Notes under the pieces: model-generated | What the model was told of the DNA's origin: nothing | The model's database searches: none | The model's input: the letters and a program-made list of their open reading frames with translations, nothing else | Program-made: the position numbers and the translations under genes | Shown: positions 11,981 through 24,843 of the stretch, piece by piece | Position numbering within the stretch: the first letter of the stretch is position 1 | How the letters are laid out: the number at the start of each line of letters is the position of its first letter | Assembly (NCBI RefSeq): GCF_006345805.1 | Contig: NC_043014.1 | Span: 7,006,001-7,070,000, forward strand | Source of the DNA: Octopus sinensis | Taxonomy: Eukaryota | Reading direction: 5' to 3' | DNA: 64,000 bases

Positions 11981-12204
11981 AAAGTAAACACATAAATGTG
12001 AAACGAGGTGGAAAAAAGAGTACTCAAATACCAGGGGTAGAGTAATATGCTTTATTTAAAAGCAGCAGAAATTCAACAAAACCTGTTACTCGGAGTTTCA
12101 CGTTCCCGTTCGTCGGACAGTTTACAAAAACTGTCCGACGAACGGGAACATAAAACTCAGAGTAACAGGTTTTGTTGAACTTCTGCTGCTTTTAAACAAA
12201 GTAT
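11978..12204. mobile_element. Foldback element family F (truncated copies at 8626-8697 and 18277-18465) with a hammerhead-like fold in the arm
   Basis: Shared leader ggagtaaacacataaatgtgaaacaaggtgg; palindrome of about 78-bp arms at 12046-12204. Confidence 0.65.
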
Positions 12205-12282
12205 ATATATATAGTTTTTGTATTTGGTTTACAAGATTCTTTGTGAATTCGTGTGTTGAAGCATATTTTATTGTGTCTGGGG

Positions 12283-12525
12283 AGAGTCATTCTGTTTCAA
12301 TGCCTTATTAATTAACACACGCACAGGTTCGATTTCCACTCATTGACTTGTTTATTTTTTCTAAAATTTTCGTTGCTTCTTGCAACCTCTTCAATAAGAG
12401 AATCAACGACTATTGAAAAGGTTTCAAGAAGGAACGAAAATTTTGGAAAAAAATAAACAAGTAAATGAGTGGAAATCGAACCCGTGCGTGTGTTAATTAA
12501 TAAGGCATTGAAACAGAATGACTCT
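12283..12525. repeat. Foldback element; a related copy lies at 47372-47610
   Basis: agagtcattctgtttcaatgcc... is mirrored by ...ggcattgaaacagaatgactct; arms are about 110 bp. Confidence 0.75.
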
Positions 12526-12828
12526 TCACGGGCACTATAAAATAATATATATATGTGTGTGTGTGTGTGTATGTATACGTACTTTGACCTCGGCTAGTTT
12601 GAGACCAAAAGCAGTGGCCATGCTATTAAACCTGCGCGTACAAATATACGTTTGTCAGTGGGTGGGTAGGTGCGCGCACGCTCGTTCGCGTGCGTGTGTG
12701 CTCTCTTGCACATGCGCATTCGTGCATTGTGTGTGACTTTATAATCAAGGACTAAAAAATACTCGATCCATAAATTTTGCACGTTTATTGACACCTACCG
12801 GTTTCCATGACCAAACACGCATATATAC

Positions 12829-12873
<45 letters not shown>

Positions 12874-13574
12874 CATACAAGCACACACACATATACATAG
12901 ATATGTGCATATATATATATACATATATACATACATAATTCGCATATATATATATGTATACGTGATTCCAAAACAGCATTGAGTGCTGGATCAAATCCTC
13001 AAGTAATATCGACGAATTTTTAAAAACGATTATCGAATAAAATCGATTTTTTTTTCTTCAGAATGAAAAAAAAAAATAATAAAGACAGAAAATATAATTA
13101 TGGTGGAGGGGAACTAACTCTGATATTGCAAATATTTATTATAGGTTATTATCTGCCCCTTAATCGTTGGCAAAACGGATATATTTTTATCAAAAGAAAT
13201 TTTTTAACTTTTCTGAAAAGAAAATGAGTTTTTTTATTATTTAATTTTATTATAAATATTTGACATTTTTTTCTCCTGTAAGCAAAAAGAAGTTTTATTT
13301 TTCATGTATTATAAACGACAAATTTTTAACTTTTTTTAAAGCCGTTTTTTCTTTTCAGTATAAATTTCATTATTATAATTTAAATATAATTTATCTTATT
13401 TTAATTTAACTGTAGTTGAGTGCCTTAATAGCAGAGATTATGCAGAAGGCTAATAAAAGACTAATGAATTTTTAAAAGAAATATCTCCCCCGTCCCTGAG
13501 ATTTTTGTTCTGTTTTCTCAACCTTCTGTCACCAAACTTCTTCCTTTGGTTCTTGGTTTAAACCATTCCACTTA

Positions 13575-15000
13575 GTATCATTGTTCGACCGTGGTCGAGA
13601 CAATGGAATTTACCATGCTACGCCAGACTTCACAGTCCATCATGGCATTACGGAGGTCTTGTTGCTGGATGCCTGTATCCCTGGAGATTACATCAGGGTA
13701 GGAGAGTGTGCGCCCTCTGGTATTGCGGGTAGATGGCTTCCAGAGGAGAAGAGTAGAAATTACCTATTTTTCAGCTCTACAACAATGTCCAGCAAACTGG
13801 ACTCTTCTGGTCGAGACAATGGAATTTACCATGCTACGCCAGACTTCACAGTCCATCATAGCATTACGGAGGTCCTGTTTCTGGATGCCTGTATCCCTGG
13901 AGATTACATCAGGGTAGGAGAGTGTGTGCCCTCTGGTATTGCGGGTAGATGGCTTCCAGAGGAGAAGAGTAGAAATTACCTATTTTTCAGCTCTACAACA
14001 ATGTCCAGCAAACTGGACTCTTCTGGTCGAGACAATGGAATTTACCATGCTACGCCAGACTTCACAGTCCATCATAGCATTACGGAGGTCCTGTTTCTGG
14101 ATGCCTGTATCCCTGGAGATTACATCAGGGTAGGAGAGTGTGTGCCCTCTGGTATTGCGGGTAGATGGCTTCCAGAGGAGAAGAGTAGAAATTACCTATT
14201 TTCAGCTCTACAACAATGTCCAGCAAACTGGACTCTTCTGGTCGAGACAATGGAATTTACCATGCTATGCCAGACTTCACGGTTCATCATGGCATTACGG
14301 AAGTCCTGTTGCTGGATGCCTGTATTCCTGGAGATTACATCAGTGTAGGAGAGTGTGCACCCTCTGGTATTGTGAGTAGATGGCTTCCAGAGGAGAAGAG
14401 TAGAAATTACCTATTTTTCAGCTCTATAACAATGTCCAGCAAACTGGAGTCTCCTACCTTTCACAAGAGATGACACAGGTGGTAGTTTCCCATATATTTG
14501 CATTTTTGTTGGATGGCGCTTCCACGAGAGATTTTGAGCTCTCATAAGGAGGCGAGTGTAGGTTCCATCCAACTGCCTCTCAATGCGCTCCAAGTTTTAA
14601 CGTTCTAGTTCACTTCCGCTGTATACAGCAGTGCTTGGTAGGAAGGTGTGTAGCATATGACTGTTGCATTGACCATGACATAGAAATTTGTCATGGCGAT
14701 ACTAACTCAGAGGCCTCTGCAAAGTTGCAGAAAGAGTATGGAGAAGAGTGTATGAGCCGCACACAAGTGTACGAGCGGTTCAGATGTTTCCCATATATTT
14801 GTACTTTGGTTGGATGGCGCTTCCACAAGAGATTTTGAGCTCTCATAAGGAGGCGAGTGTAGGTTCCATCCAACCGCCTCTCAAGCTTCTTTGATAACGT
14901 CCAGGTTTCTGAGCCATAGAGTAGAATTGGTTCGACTGTGGCTTTGAAGATTTCAAGTTTGAAATCTCTACTTAGATTTGATGACCAGATCTGATGCATG
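13575..15000 (-). mobile_element. RTE-like LINE reverse-transcriptase C-terminal relic with its last 216 bp amplified 4x
   Basis: ILLYGSETWTL...LDGTYTRLLMRAQNLSW...RRLQFAGHC; 216-bp tandem units at about 13589-14450. Confidence 0.85.
14600..14786 (+). mobile_element. mariner transposase N-terminal (HTH) fragment nested in the LINE
   Basis: SAKLQKEYGEECMSRTQVYERFRCF; the same family occurs at 18506-18876. Confidence 0.7.
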
Positions 15001-15669
15001 TCATGTCATATACACAGGTAGTTGGATTCTGCATGCTGTTGATTTGTTCATTCCATTGGAAAGGATGAACGCCACTCAATCTTCTCACTCCTTCTACTCT
15101 GAAACAGAGTCTTAACAATTTGTGCCTAAGGGGTAAATATTTTATATTTCCACTCTGTGATATAATTTATGTATTATTTATAATAATAAACTCATGATAG
15201 TACGTGTTGTAGTAGTAGTAGTAGTAGCGGTAGCAGTAGAGCTGTAGCAGCAGTAGTGGCGGTAGTACCAGTAGTGGCGATAGCAGCAGTAGTATCGGTA
15301 GTAGAGCAGTAGTAGTAGTAGCGGTAGTAGTACCAGTAGTGGCGATAGCAGTAGTAGTAGTGGCAGCAGCAGCAGTAGTAGTGGTTGTAGTAGCAGTAGT
15401 AGTAGTTCTTGACTTCAAAGAAATATTCACTAAGGTTATATTATATGTTTAAACATGCACTGAGCTTATGATATATTATATATATATATATATATTTATA
15501 GGCGCAGGAGTGGCTGTGTGGTAAGTAGCTTCCTTACCAACTACATGGTTCTGGGTTCATTCCCACTGTGTGGCACCTTCGGCAAGTGTCTTCTCCTATA
15601 GCTTGGGGCCGACCAAAGCCTTGTGCGTGGATATGGTAGACGGAAACTGAAAGAAGCCGGTCATATATA

Positions 15670-15700
<31 letters not shown>

Positions 15701-16483
15701 GTATATGTTTGTTTGTCTGTGTTTGTCCCCCCAACATCGCTTGACAACCGATGCTGGTGTGTTTGCGTCCCTGTAACTCAGCAGTTCAGAAAAAGATACC
15801 GATAGAATAAGTACTAGGCTTGCAAAGAATAAGTCCTGGGGTTGATTCGCTCAACTAAAGGTGGTGCTCCAGCATGGCCACAGTCAAAAGAGTAGATTAT
15901 ATAAGGTATTCAGAGTTCTGGATGGTTGTACATATACAAATATTTATTAACAAGTCATGTTTTTACAAATTCCATATTTTCATCTTCTCTAATAGAATCT
16001 TCAGATTCAAATTGTGTGAAGGGATTTGTCTCATTTTATAGTATTAGTGAATGGGTTTTGGTGGAGAGAGAGAAGGGGAAAAGAAGAGTAATGTGGAGTG
16101 TAAAGTATAGGAAAAGAGGGAGAGGAATGGAGAGATAGTGGAAGGAGAAAGTGAGATAGTGTGTATACGAACATATACCTACATATATATATACAGGTAT
16201 GCATCATGACCAGTTTAAAATGCCCGCTTCTTAATTCCATGTACGATATGGTTAAAACATCACCGCAGTAAATACAATACTCTTTCCTCTTTACACTTTT
16301 ACTTGTTTCAGTCATTTGACTGCGGCCATGCTGGAGCACCACCTTTAGTCGAGCAAATCGACCCCGGAACTTATTCTTTGTAAGCCCAGTACTTCTATCG
16401 GTCTCTTTTGCCGAACCGCTAAGTGACAAGGACGTAAACACACCAGCATCGGTTGTCAAGCTAGGGGGACAAACACAGACACA

Positions 16484-16522
<39 letters not shown>

Positions 16523-16984
16523 CACACACACACACACACACAAATATATATACATATATACGACGGGCTTCTTTCAGTTTCCGTCTACCAAATCCACTCA
16601 CAAGGCTTCGATCGACCCGGGGCTATAGTAGAAGACACTTGCCCAAGGTGCCACGCAATGGGACTGAGCCCGGAACCAAGTGGTTGAAAAGCAAGCTACT
16701 TACCACACAGCAACTCCTGCGCCTGACGAAATAAATTTAAATTTATATAAATAAGGATAAGATTGTTAATTTAAATTAAATAACGATCTTATCAAGGGGC
16801 CAGCATAGGAATAAAAGCCTTCAAAGGTAATAATAATTATTAAAATTATAACTTAGGGTGTCTACGAAATACTGCAATGCTGAAAATAGCAGCCATGATC
16901 TGACTCTAAAACCACCTGAAGTGTTCATACAGCACATTTAATTTAAATTAACGCTCTTATCCTTATTTATATAAATTTATAAAT

Positions 16985-17727
16985 ATCAATGGAAATAGAA
17001 GTTGTGATACCTGTGCCGGTGGCACATCAAAAGCACCATCCGAATGTGGCCGATGCCAGCGCTGCCTTGACTGGCTTCTGTGCCGGTGGCACATAAAAAG
17101 CACCATCCGAACGTGGCCGATGCCAGCGCCGCCTCGACTGGCTTCCATGTCGGTGGCACATAAAAAGCACCATCCGAATGTGGCCGATGCCAGCGCCGCC
17201 TTGACTGGCTTCCATGCCGGTGGCATGTAAAAAGCACCATCTGAACGTGGTCGATGCCAGCGCCGCCTCGACTGGCTTCCATGTCGGTGGCACATAAAAA
17301 GCACCATCCGAATGTGGTCGATGCCAGCGCCGCCTTCACTGGCTTCCATGCCGGTGGCATGTAAAAAGCACCATCTGAACGTGGCCGATGCCAGCGCCGC
17401 CTCGACTGGCTTCCATGTCGGTGGCACATAAAAAGCACCATCCGAATGTGGCCGATGCCAGCGCCGCCTTGACTGGCTTCCATGCCGGTGGCATGTAAAA
17501 AGCACCATCCGAACGTGGCCGATGCCAGCGCCGCCTCGACTGGCTTCCATGTCGGTGGCATGTAAAAAGCACCCACTACACTCATGGAGTGGTTGACGTC
17601 AGGAAGGCATCCAGCTGTAGAAACACTGCCAGATCAGACTGGAGCCTGGTGCAGCCTTCTAGCTTCACAGACCCCAGTTGAACCGTCCAACCCATGCTAG
17701 CATGGAAAGCAGACGTTAAACGATGAT
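16985..17727 (+). mobile_element. SINE-like family C with an internal 67-bp VNTR and a (GAT)n tail. Other copies at about 3125-3560, 5870-6620, 19810-20170, 20640-21125, 25680-25910, 30785-31200, 41640-42550, 45290-46340, 47090-47370, 52225-52800, 54590-55040
   Basis: Conserved 3' block ggagtggttggcgttaggaagggcatccagctgtagaaac...ggacgttaaacgatgatgat (RTE-like tail); eight full 67-bp units plus a partial one at 17018-17570. Confidence 0.8.
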
Positions 17728-18505
17728 ATATGAAGAGAGAGAGAGAGAAAACAAGTATCTGGTTTTATGTATATAATAGAGAAATGACACACACACACAC
17801 ACACACACAGTTGTCTAGTATTGTCGTGACTAAGCACACAAAATTGTTTTTCTTTTTTTCCGTTGGAAATCTACGCTTTATTTAAAATGAATCTAATTGA
17901 GGCCATAACCTGAAACACAAAATTTTATCAATACTCACTTATGTATCTACGTACACACATACGTGTATATAAAGTGTATGCATGGGTATGTACAAGTACA
18001 TGCACACACACACACATGTAAATGAACAGATGTGTGTATGTGTATATATATATATATATATACATACATACATACATACACACACAGACATTATATATAT
18101 ATATATATATATTCGTAAAAATGAGTAGAGATGACTTTTTTTGAGGATAATTTTTATTTTGATAATGTTTACAAAGAGTGTCCCAAAAAGGCCATCCTTA
18201 CTCATTTTTCAAATATATAATACTATACCAAGAACTTACTTTTTCTTATTCTACTATATATATATATATATATATAGACCGGAGTAAACACATAAATGTG
18301 AAACAAGGTGGAAAAAAGAGTACTCAAATACCAGGGGTAGAGTAATATACTTTATATAAAAGCAGCAGAAATTCAACAAAACCTGTTGCTCGGAGTTTCA
18401 CGTTCCCATCGTGAAACTCAGAGTAACAGGTTTTGTTGAATTTCTGCTGTTTTTAAATAAAGGATATATATATATATATATATACATGCACACACACACA
18501 CATAT

Positions 18506-18876
18506 ATGAGGTCTGAGCATAAGTATCTGGACTGTTGCTATAGTAACGAAGCTAAGGCACTCAGAGTGAAGCTGCTTGACACAGATTGACCTTGAACTCC
18601 ATTGTTCACGTGCACTAAGTGTTAACGTTCTAGCTCTCTCCCGCTGTTCACGGCAGTGCTTGGAAGAAAGGTGTGTAGCATGTGATCGTTGCATTGACCA
18701 CGAGAGAGAAAGTTGTCATAGTAATACCTCCGCAGAGATCTACGCAAAAGTTGTAGAAAGTGTATGAGACACACCCAAGGGTACGAATGGTTCAGAGGTT
18801 TCCAAGGTTGCCAAAAATATATCGATATTGACGAATGTTCTGGGAGACCTGCAACCAGCAGAACTGAGAAAACATC
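18506..18876 (+). mobile_element. Degenerate mariner 5' end
   Basis: TIR-like start tatgaggtctg; degenerate YEWF..F..G..DIDECSGRPATSRTE motif. Confidence 0.7.
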
Positions 18877-21265
18877 ACAGATATTACTTTCTCATCTGTA
18901 TCACATGATACACACTCAACTCATCCAAAAACAAAAAAAGAAAGTTTGTTTACACATGTTACTCTTTTACTTGTTTCAGTCATTTGACTGCGGCCATACT
19001 GGAGCACCGCCTTTTTTTAGTCGAGCAAATCGACCCCAGGACTTATTCTTTGTAAGCCCAGTACTTATTCTATCGGTCTCTTTTGCCGAACCGCTAAGTG
19101 ACGGGGACGTAAACACACCAGCATCGGTTGTCAAGCAATGCTAGAGGGACAAACACAAACACACATATATATAACAGGCTTCTTTCAGTTTCCGTCTACC
19201 AAATCCACTCACAAGGCATTGGTCGGCCCGGGGCTATAGCAGAAGACACTTGCCCAAGGTACCACGCAGTGGGACTGAACCCGGAACCATGTGGTTGGTT
19301 AGCAAGCTACTTACCACACAGCCACACCTGCATATGTTGTATATATCTCTTATATAAAATCTGTTCTGTCTGTCTGTGTGTGTGTGTCTTCTAGGATCTC
19401 GGGCATCCTCCATCCGATTGCGCTCAAATTTGATATGTAGATACCGACGGTATCAGGGCATGTATAAGTCTTGAAAAAATTACAAAAATCGATTCCAGGT
19501 GAGAATGAGATCGATAAAGCCGTGGGAACGTGCATTTGTAAAATCGTTTTTCTTGGAATAGAAAAAAAAGTCTATTTTTATTTCTTCTTTTGCTGGTGTC
19601 TCAAATTTAGGTTAAATCAGTGTTTCTCAAAGTGGAGGCCTATGGGACGGTCGGACAAGTTGTTTTGGGGAAATTTGGTTTAAATGTTTGACAACTCAGC
19701 ACCGTCCATTGGACGGGGGGGACATTTTGCTTGTATATATATATATATATATATATTTATTTATGCATGTGTTCATGTGTGTGTATATATGTATGTAGTA
19801 GTGGAATTGTAGTCATGGCCAGTGCCATCTGACTGGCACCTGTGCCATGTAAGAGGCACCACTCAAGTGTTGGGCCTCATGGAAGCAGTGAAAAGAACCA
19901 AGACCTTTGGCCAATATATTGTCCTTGTGCAGACCTGTCAAACCAAGTGAGACCTTAGTCGTGGACGACGCTGGTGTCAGGTCATTGGCACCTGTGCTGG
20001 TAGGCATGTAAAAAGCACCCACTATACTCTCGAAGTGGTTGGCATCAGGAAGGGCATCCAGTCATAGAAACCATGCCAAATCAGATTGGGACCTAGTACA
20101 GTTCTCCAGCTTACCAGTTCTCAGTCAAACCGTCCAACCCATACCAGCAAGAAAAGTGTACCTGATGATGATATATACATCACTATCATCAACATTTAAT
20201 GTCTGTTTTCCATGCTGGCATGGTTGGATGTTTCGACAGAAACACACAGGGCCAGGGGCTGCACAAGGTCCCATAGTCTGTTTTGGCTTGGTTTCTACAG
20301 CTGAACGCCCTTCCTGATGCCAACCACTCTAGAGTGTAGTAGGTGCTTTTCACGTGGCATCAGCGTTAGAGACGATGAGGTGCCCCTTATACTAGTCCCT
20401 CATAACCATTAATAACATTGCTATTAGAATTCTAAACAGCACCCTTTTTTCTACCTTACCTCAGTTGACCCTTTCAGGCTGTTGTAGCTGTTTAGCCCTT
20501 AATGGAAAGAACTCTGGCGCCATAACCATCCTGTCGTATATTCTGGCATTGTACAATAATACCTCATTTTATGAAGAGGACCTGCTTCATGAGACCCTGG
20601 GTTTATGAGTGTTCTGGAATTAATCAACACGTATCATCATCATCATCGTTTAACGTCCGTTCTCCATGCTAGCATGGGTTGGACGGTTTGACCGGGGTCT
20701 GGGAAGCCAGAGGCTGCACCAGGCTCCAGTCTGATCTGGCAGTGTTTCTACAACTGGATGCCCTTCCTAACGCCAACCACTCCGCGAGTGTAGTGGGTAC
20801 TTTTTATGTGCCACTGGCACAGGTGCCAGGCAAGACTGGCAACGGCACGATCGGATTGGTGCATTTTACATGCCACCAGCACGGAAGCCAGTCAAGGTGG
20901 CGCTGGCATTAGCCACGTTCAGATGGTGCTTTTTACATGCCACCGGCACAGAAGCCAGTCAAGGCGGCGCTGGCATTAGCCACGTTCGGATGGTGCTTTT
21001 TACGTGCCACCGGCACGGAAGCCAGTCGAGGTGGCGCTGGCATCAGCCACGTTCGGATGGTGCCTTTTACGTGCCACCGGCACAGGGATCACAACTGCTG
21101 TTTCCATTGATTTTGATGTTGGTGTACTTCACTCAATAGGTCTCCTCAAGTACAAGGTCGAAATGGTGTTTCTTCACTTGCCATCTGCACAGGAGTCAGT
21201 TCAGCGGTCCTGGCAACTGCCGGGTGCCAGTCATAGGATTGGTTCAAGGTATAACTGTATATAAC

Positions 21266-23727
21266 GCAGGAGTGGCTGTGTGGTAAGTAGCTTGCTAACC
21301 AACCACATGGTTCCGGGTTCAGTCCCACTGCGTGGCATCTTGGGCAAGTGTCTTCTGCTATAGCCGCGGGCCGACCAATGCCTTGTGAGTGGATTTGGTA
21401 GACGGAAACTGAAAGAAGCCTGTCATATATATTATAGGTGTAGGAGTGGCTGTGTGGTAAGTAGCTTGCTAACCAACCACATGGTTCCGGGTTCAGTCCC
21501 ACTGCGTGGCATCTTGGGCAAGTGTCTTCTGCTATAGCCGCGGGCCGACCAATGCCTTGTGAGTGGATTTGGTAGACGGAAACTGAAAGAAGCCTGTCAT
21601 ATATATTATAGGTGTAGGAGTGGCTGTGTGGTAAGTAGCTTGCTAACCAACCACATGGTTCCGGGTTCAGTCCCACTGCGTGGCATCTTGGGCAAGTGTC
21701 TTCTGCTATAGCCGCGGGCCGACCAATGCCTTGTGAGTGGATTTGGTAGACGGAAACTGAAAGAAGCCTGTCATATATATTATAGGTGTAGGAGTGGCTG
21801 TGTGGTAAGTAGCTTGCTAACCAACCACATGGTTCCGGGTTCAGTCCCACTGCGTGGCATCTTGGGCAAGTGTCTTCTGCTATAGCCGCGGGCCGACCAA
21901 TGCCTTGTGAGTGGATTTGGTAGACGGAAACTGAAAGAAGCCTGTCATATATATTATAGGTGTAGGAGTGGCTGTGTGGTAAGTAGCTTGCTAACCAACC
22001 ACATGGTTCCGGGTTCAGTCCCACTGCGTGGCATCTTGGGCAAGTGTCTTCTGCTATAGCCGCGGGCCGACCAATGCCTTGTGAGTGGATTTGGTAGACG
22101 GAAACTGAAAGAAGCCTGTCATATATATTATAGGTGTAGGAGTGGCTGTGTGGTAAGTAGCTTGCTAACCAACCACATGGTTCCGGGTTCAGTCCCACTG
22201 CGTGGCATCTTGGGCAAGTGTCTTCTGCTATAGCCGCGGGCCGACCAATGCCTTGTGAGTGGATTTGGTAGACGGAAACTGAAAGAAGCCTGTCATATAT
22301 ATTATAGGTGTAGGAGTGGCTGTGTGGTAAGTAGCTTGCTAACCAACCACATGGTTCCGGGTTCAGTCCCACTGCGTGGCATCTTGGGCAAGTGTCTTCT
22401 GCTATAGCCGCGGGCCGACCAATGCCTTGTGAGTGGATTTGGTAGACGGAAACTGAAAGAAGCCTGTCATATATATTATAGGTGTAGGAGTGGCTGTGTG
22501 GTAAGTAGCTTGCTAACCAACCACATGGTTCCGGGTTCAGTCCCACTGCGTGGCATCTTGGGCAAGTGTCTTCTGCTATAGCCGCGGGCCGACAATGCCT
22601 TGTGAGTGGATTTGGTAGACGGAAACTGAAAGAAGCCTGTCATAATATTATAGGTGTAGGAGTGGCTGTGTGGTAAGTAGCTTGCTAACCAACCACATGG
22701 TTCCGGGTTCAGTCCCACTGCGTGGCATCTTGGGCAAGTGTCTTCTGCTATAGCCGCGGGCCGACCAATGCCTTGTGAGTGGATTTGGTAGACGGAAACT
22801 GAAAGAAGCCTGTCATATATATTATAGGTGTAGGAGTGGCTGTGTGGTAAGTAGCTTGCTAACCAACCACATGGTCCGGGTTCAGTCCCACTGTGTGGCA
22901 TCTTGGGCAAGTGTCTTCTGCTATAGCCTCGGGCCGACCAATGCCTTGTGAGTGGATTTGGTAGACGGAAACTGAAAGAAGCCTGTCATATATATTATAG
23001 GTGTAGGAGTGGCTGTGTGGTGTAAGTAGTTGCTAACCAACCACATGGTTCCGGTTCAGTCCCACTGTGTGGCATCTTGGGCAAGTGTCTTCTGCTATAG
23101 CCTCGGGCCGACCAATGCCTTGTGAGTGGATTTGGTAGACGGAAACTGAAAGAAGCCTGTCATATATATTATAGGTGTAGGAGTGGCTGTGTGGTAAGTA
23201 GCTTGCTAACCAACCACATGGTTCCGGGTTCAGTCCCACTGCGTGGCACCTTGGGCAAGTGTCTTCTACTATAGCCTCGGGCCGACCAATGCCTTGTGAG
23301 TGGATTTGGTAGACGGAAACTGAAAGAAGCCTGTCATATATATTATAGGTGTAGGAGTGGCTGTGTGGTAAGTAGCTTGCTAACCAACCACATGGTTCCG
23401 GGTTCAGTCCCACTGCGTGGCATCTTGGGCAAGTGTCTTCTGCTATAGCCTCGGGCCGACCAATGCCTTGTGAGTGGATTTGGTAGACGGAAACTGAAAG
23501 AAGCCTGTCATATATATATATATATGCATGTGTGTGTTTGTCCCCCTAGCATTGGTTGACAACTGATGCTGGTGTGTTTATGTCCCTGTTACTTAGCTGT
23601 TCGGCAAAAGAGACTGATAGAATAAGTACTGGGCTTACAAAAAGAATAAGTCCCGGGGTCAAGTTGCTCGATGAGAGGCGGTGCTCCAGCATGGCCGCAG
23701 TCAAATGACTGAAACAAGTAAAAGTAT
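21266..23727 (+). repeat. Tandem array of 13 x 174-bp SINE-A 5' halves ending in one complete SINE tail
   Basis: Unit starts at 21267, 21441, 21615, 21789, 21963, 22137, 22311, 22485, about 22658, 22831, 23004, 23178 and 23352; units are near-identical. Confidence 0.95.
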
Positions 23728-24185
23728 ATCTAGGATGACATTGTCTAATGTACAGTTTTTTTTAAAGAAAAAAAGAAAACATAAAAATAAGGGCTTCAGT
23801 GTGATTTGAGGAAGATTTGGCTGCTATTTTCAGTGTATTGGGTTACCATGTAACAGTCCACCTATAACTTTGTTTTCTTTTTGCGTGTGTTGCCATTATG
23901 GTATTCCTGTGATTGTTAACGATATGTATGCACAAGGTGAGCCGAGAAGTTCACAGGTTGATTATGAAGGATTGATGCTAGACCTGTGAAGTCTTCCATG
24001 CGTTGATTTCAACTCTTCTAATTAACAACTGCATTGTTTCTTTCCAGGTAAACAACTGACACCTGGCTGTTCAAAGAAGACTTCGAAAGTAACTAGTAGC
24101 GACCTCTCTTGAAAAATCAAGAAAATCTGGCATCACACTGTCTATTGAGTACCTGCAGAAAAAGGGATTAGTCCCACCCACCTGT

Positions 24186-24570
24186 GGAGGCGCAATGGCC
24201 CAGTGGTTAGGGCAGCGGACTCGCGGTCGTAGGATCGCGGTTTCGATTCCCAGACCTGGCGTTGTGAGTGTTTATTGAGCGAAAACACCTAAAGCTCCAC
24301 GAGGCTCCGGCAGGGGATGGTGGTGAACCCTGCTGTACTCTTTCACCACAACTTTCTCTCACTCTTACTTCCTGTTTTTGTTGTACCTGTATTTCAAAGG
24401 GCAGGCCTTGTCACTCCCTGTGTCACGCTGAATATCCCCGAGAACTGCGTTAAGGGTACACGTGTCTGTGGAGTGCTCAGCCACTTACACGTTAATTTCA
24501 CGAGCAGGCTGTTCCGTTGATCGGATCAACTGGAACCCTCGTCGTCGTAACCGACGGAGTGCTTCCAATA
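24186..24570 (+). mobile_element. tRNA-derived SINE (OR-type-like head) with a tail shared by other SINEs
   Basis: Head ggaggcgcaatggcccagtggttagggcagcggactcgcggtcgtaggatcgcggtttcgattccc; the same head occurs on the - strand at 38121-38429 with a different tail. Confidence 0.75.
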
Positions 24571-24843
24571 CAAGTCCCACCCCCCACCAAGACAGTCACG
24601 CTGACATGGTTGCTACATCAGGGGATGATACTCCAGCTTTATCAACCATGCAAAAGAGGGCTGCTGAATTTAGGAGGGGAACGGAGACTCTTGGAGTGTC
24701 TGGGTATCCTGCAAGTGTCACTACCAAGGAAAACATTGTCTGTGTTCGCCACATGGATGTCATGTGATTGACTATAAATCAAATACTCAATACCCTTAGC
24801 ATACCCCATGAGAGAGTTGAGAATATTCTGCACTGTGAATTTC

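Noticed and set aside
16963-17585. 195- and 199-aa repetitive ORFs and similar MEASRGGAGIGH / CHRHG peptides elsewhere
   Set aside because: Products of the 67-bp VNTR in SINE-C; unit length is not a multiple of 3
21146-22546. 466-aa repetitive ORF (58-aa repeats)
   Set aside because: Antisense reading of the 174-bp SINE array; frame breaks in later units; the same peptide appears in every SINE-A copy
21266-23510. CRISPR-like regular repeats
   Set aside because: Eukaryotic tandem repeat with no unique spacers and no cas genes
24186-24260. tRNA gene (also at 38360-38429 and 62215-62290)
   Set aside because: A/B boxes are present but the cloverleaf is incomplete, and the sequence continues into SINE bodies
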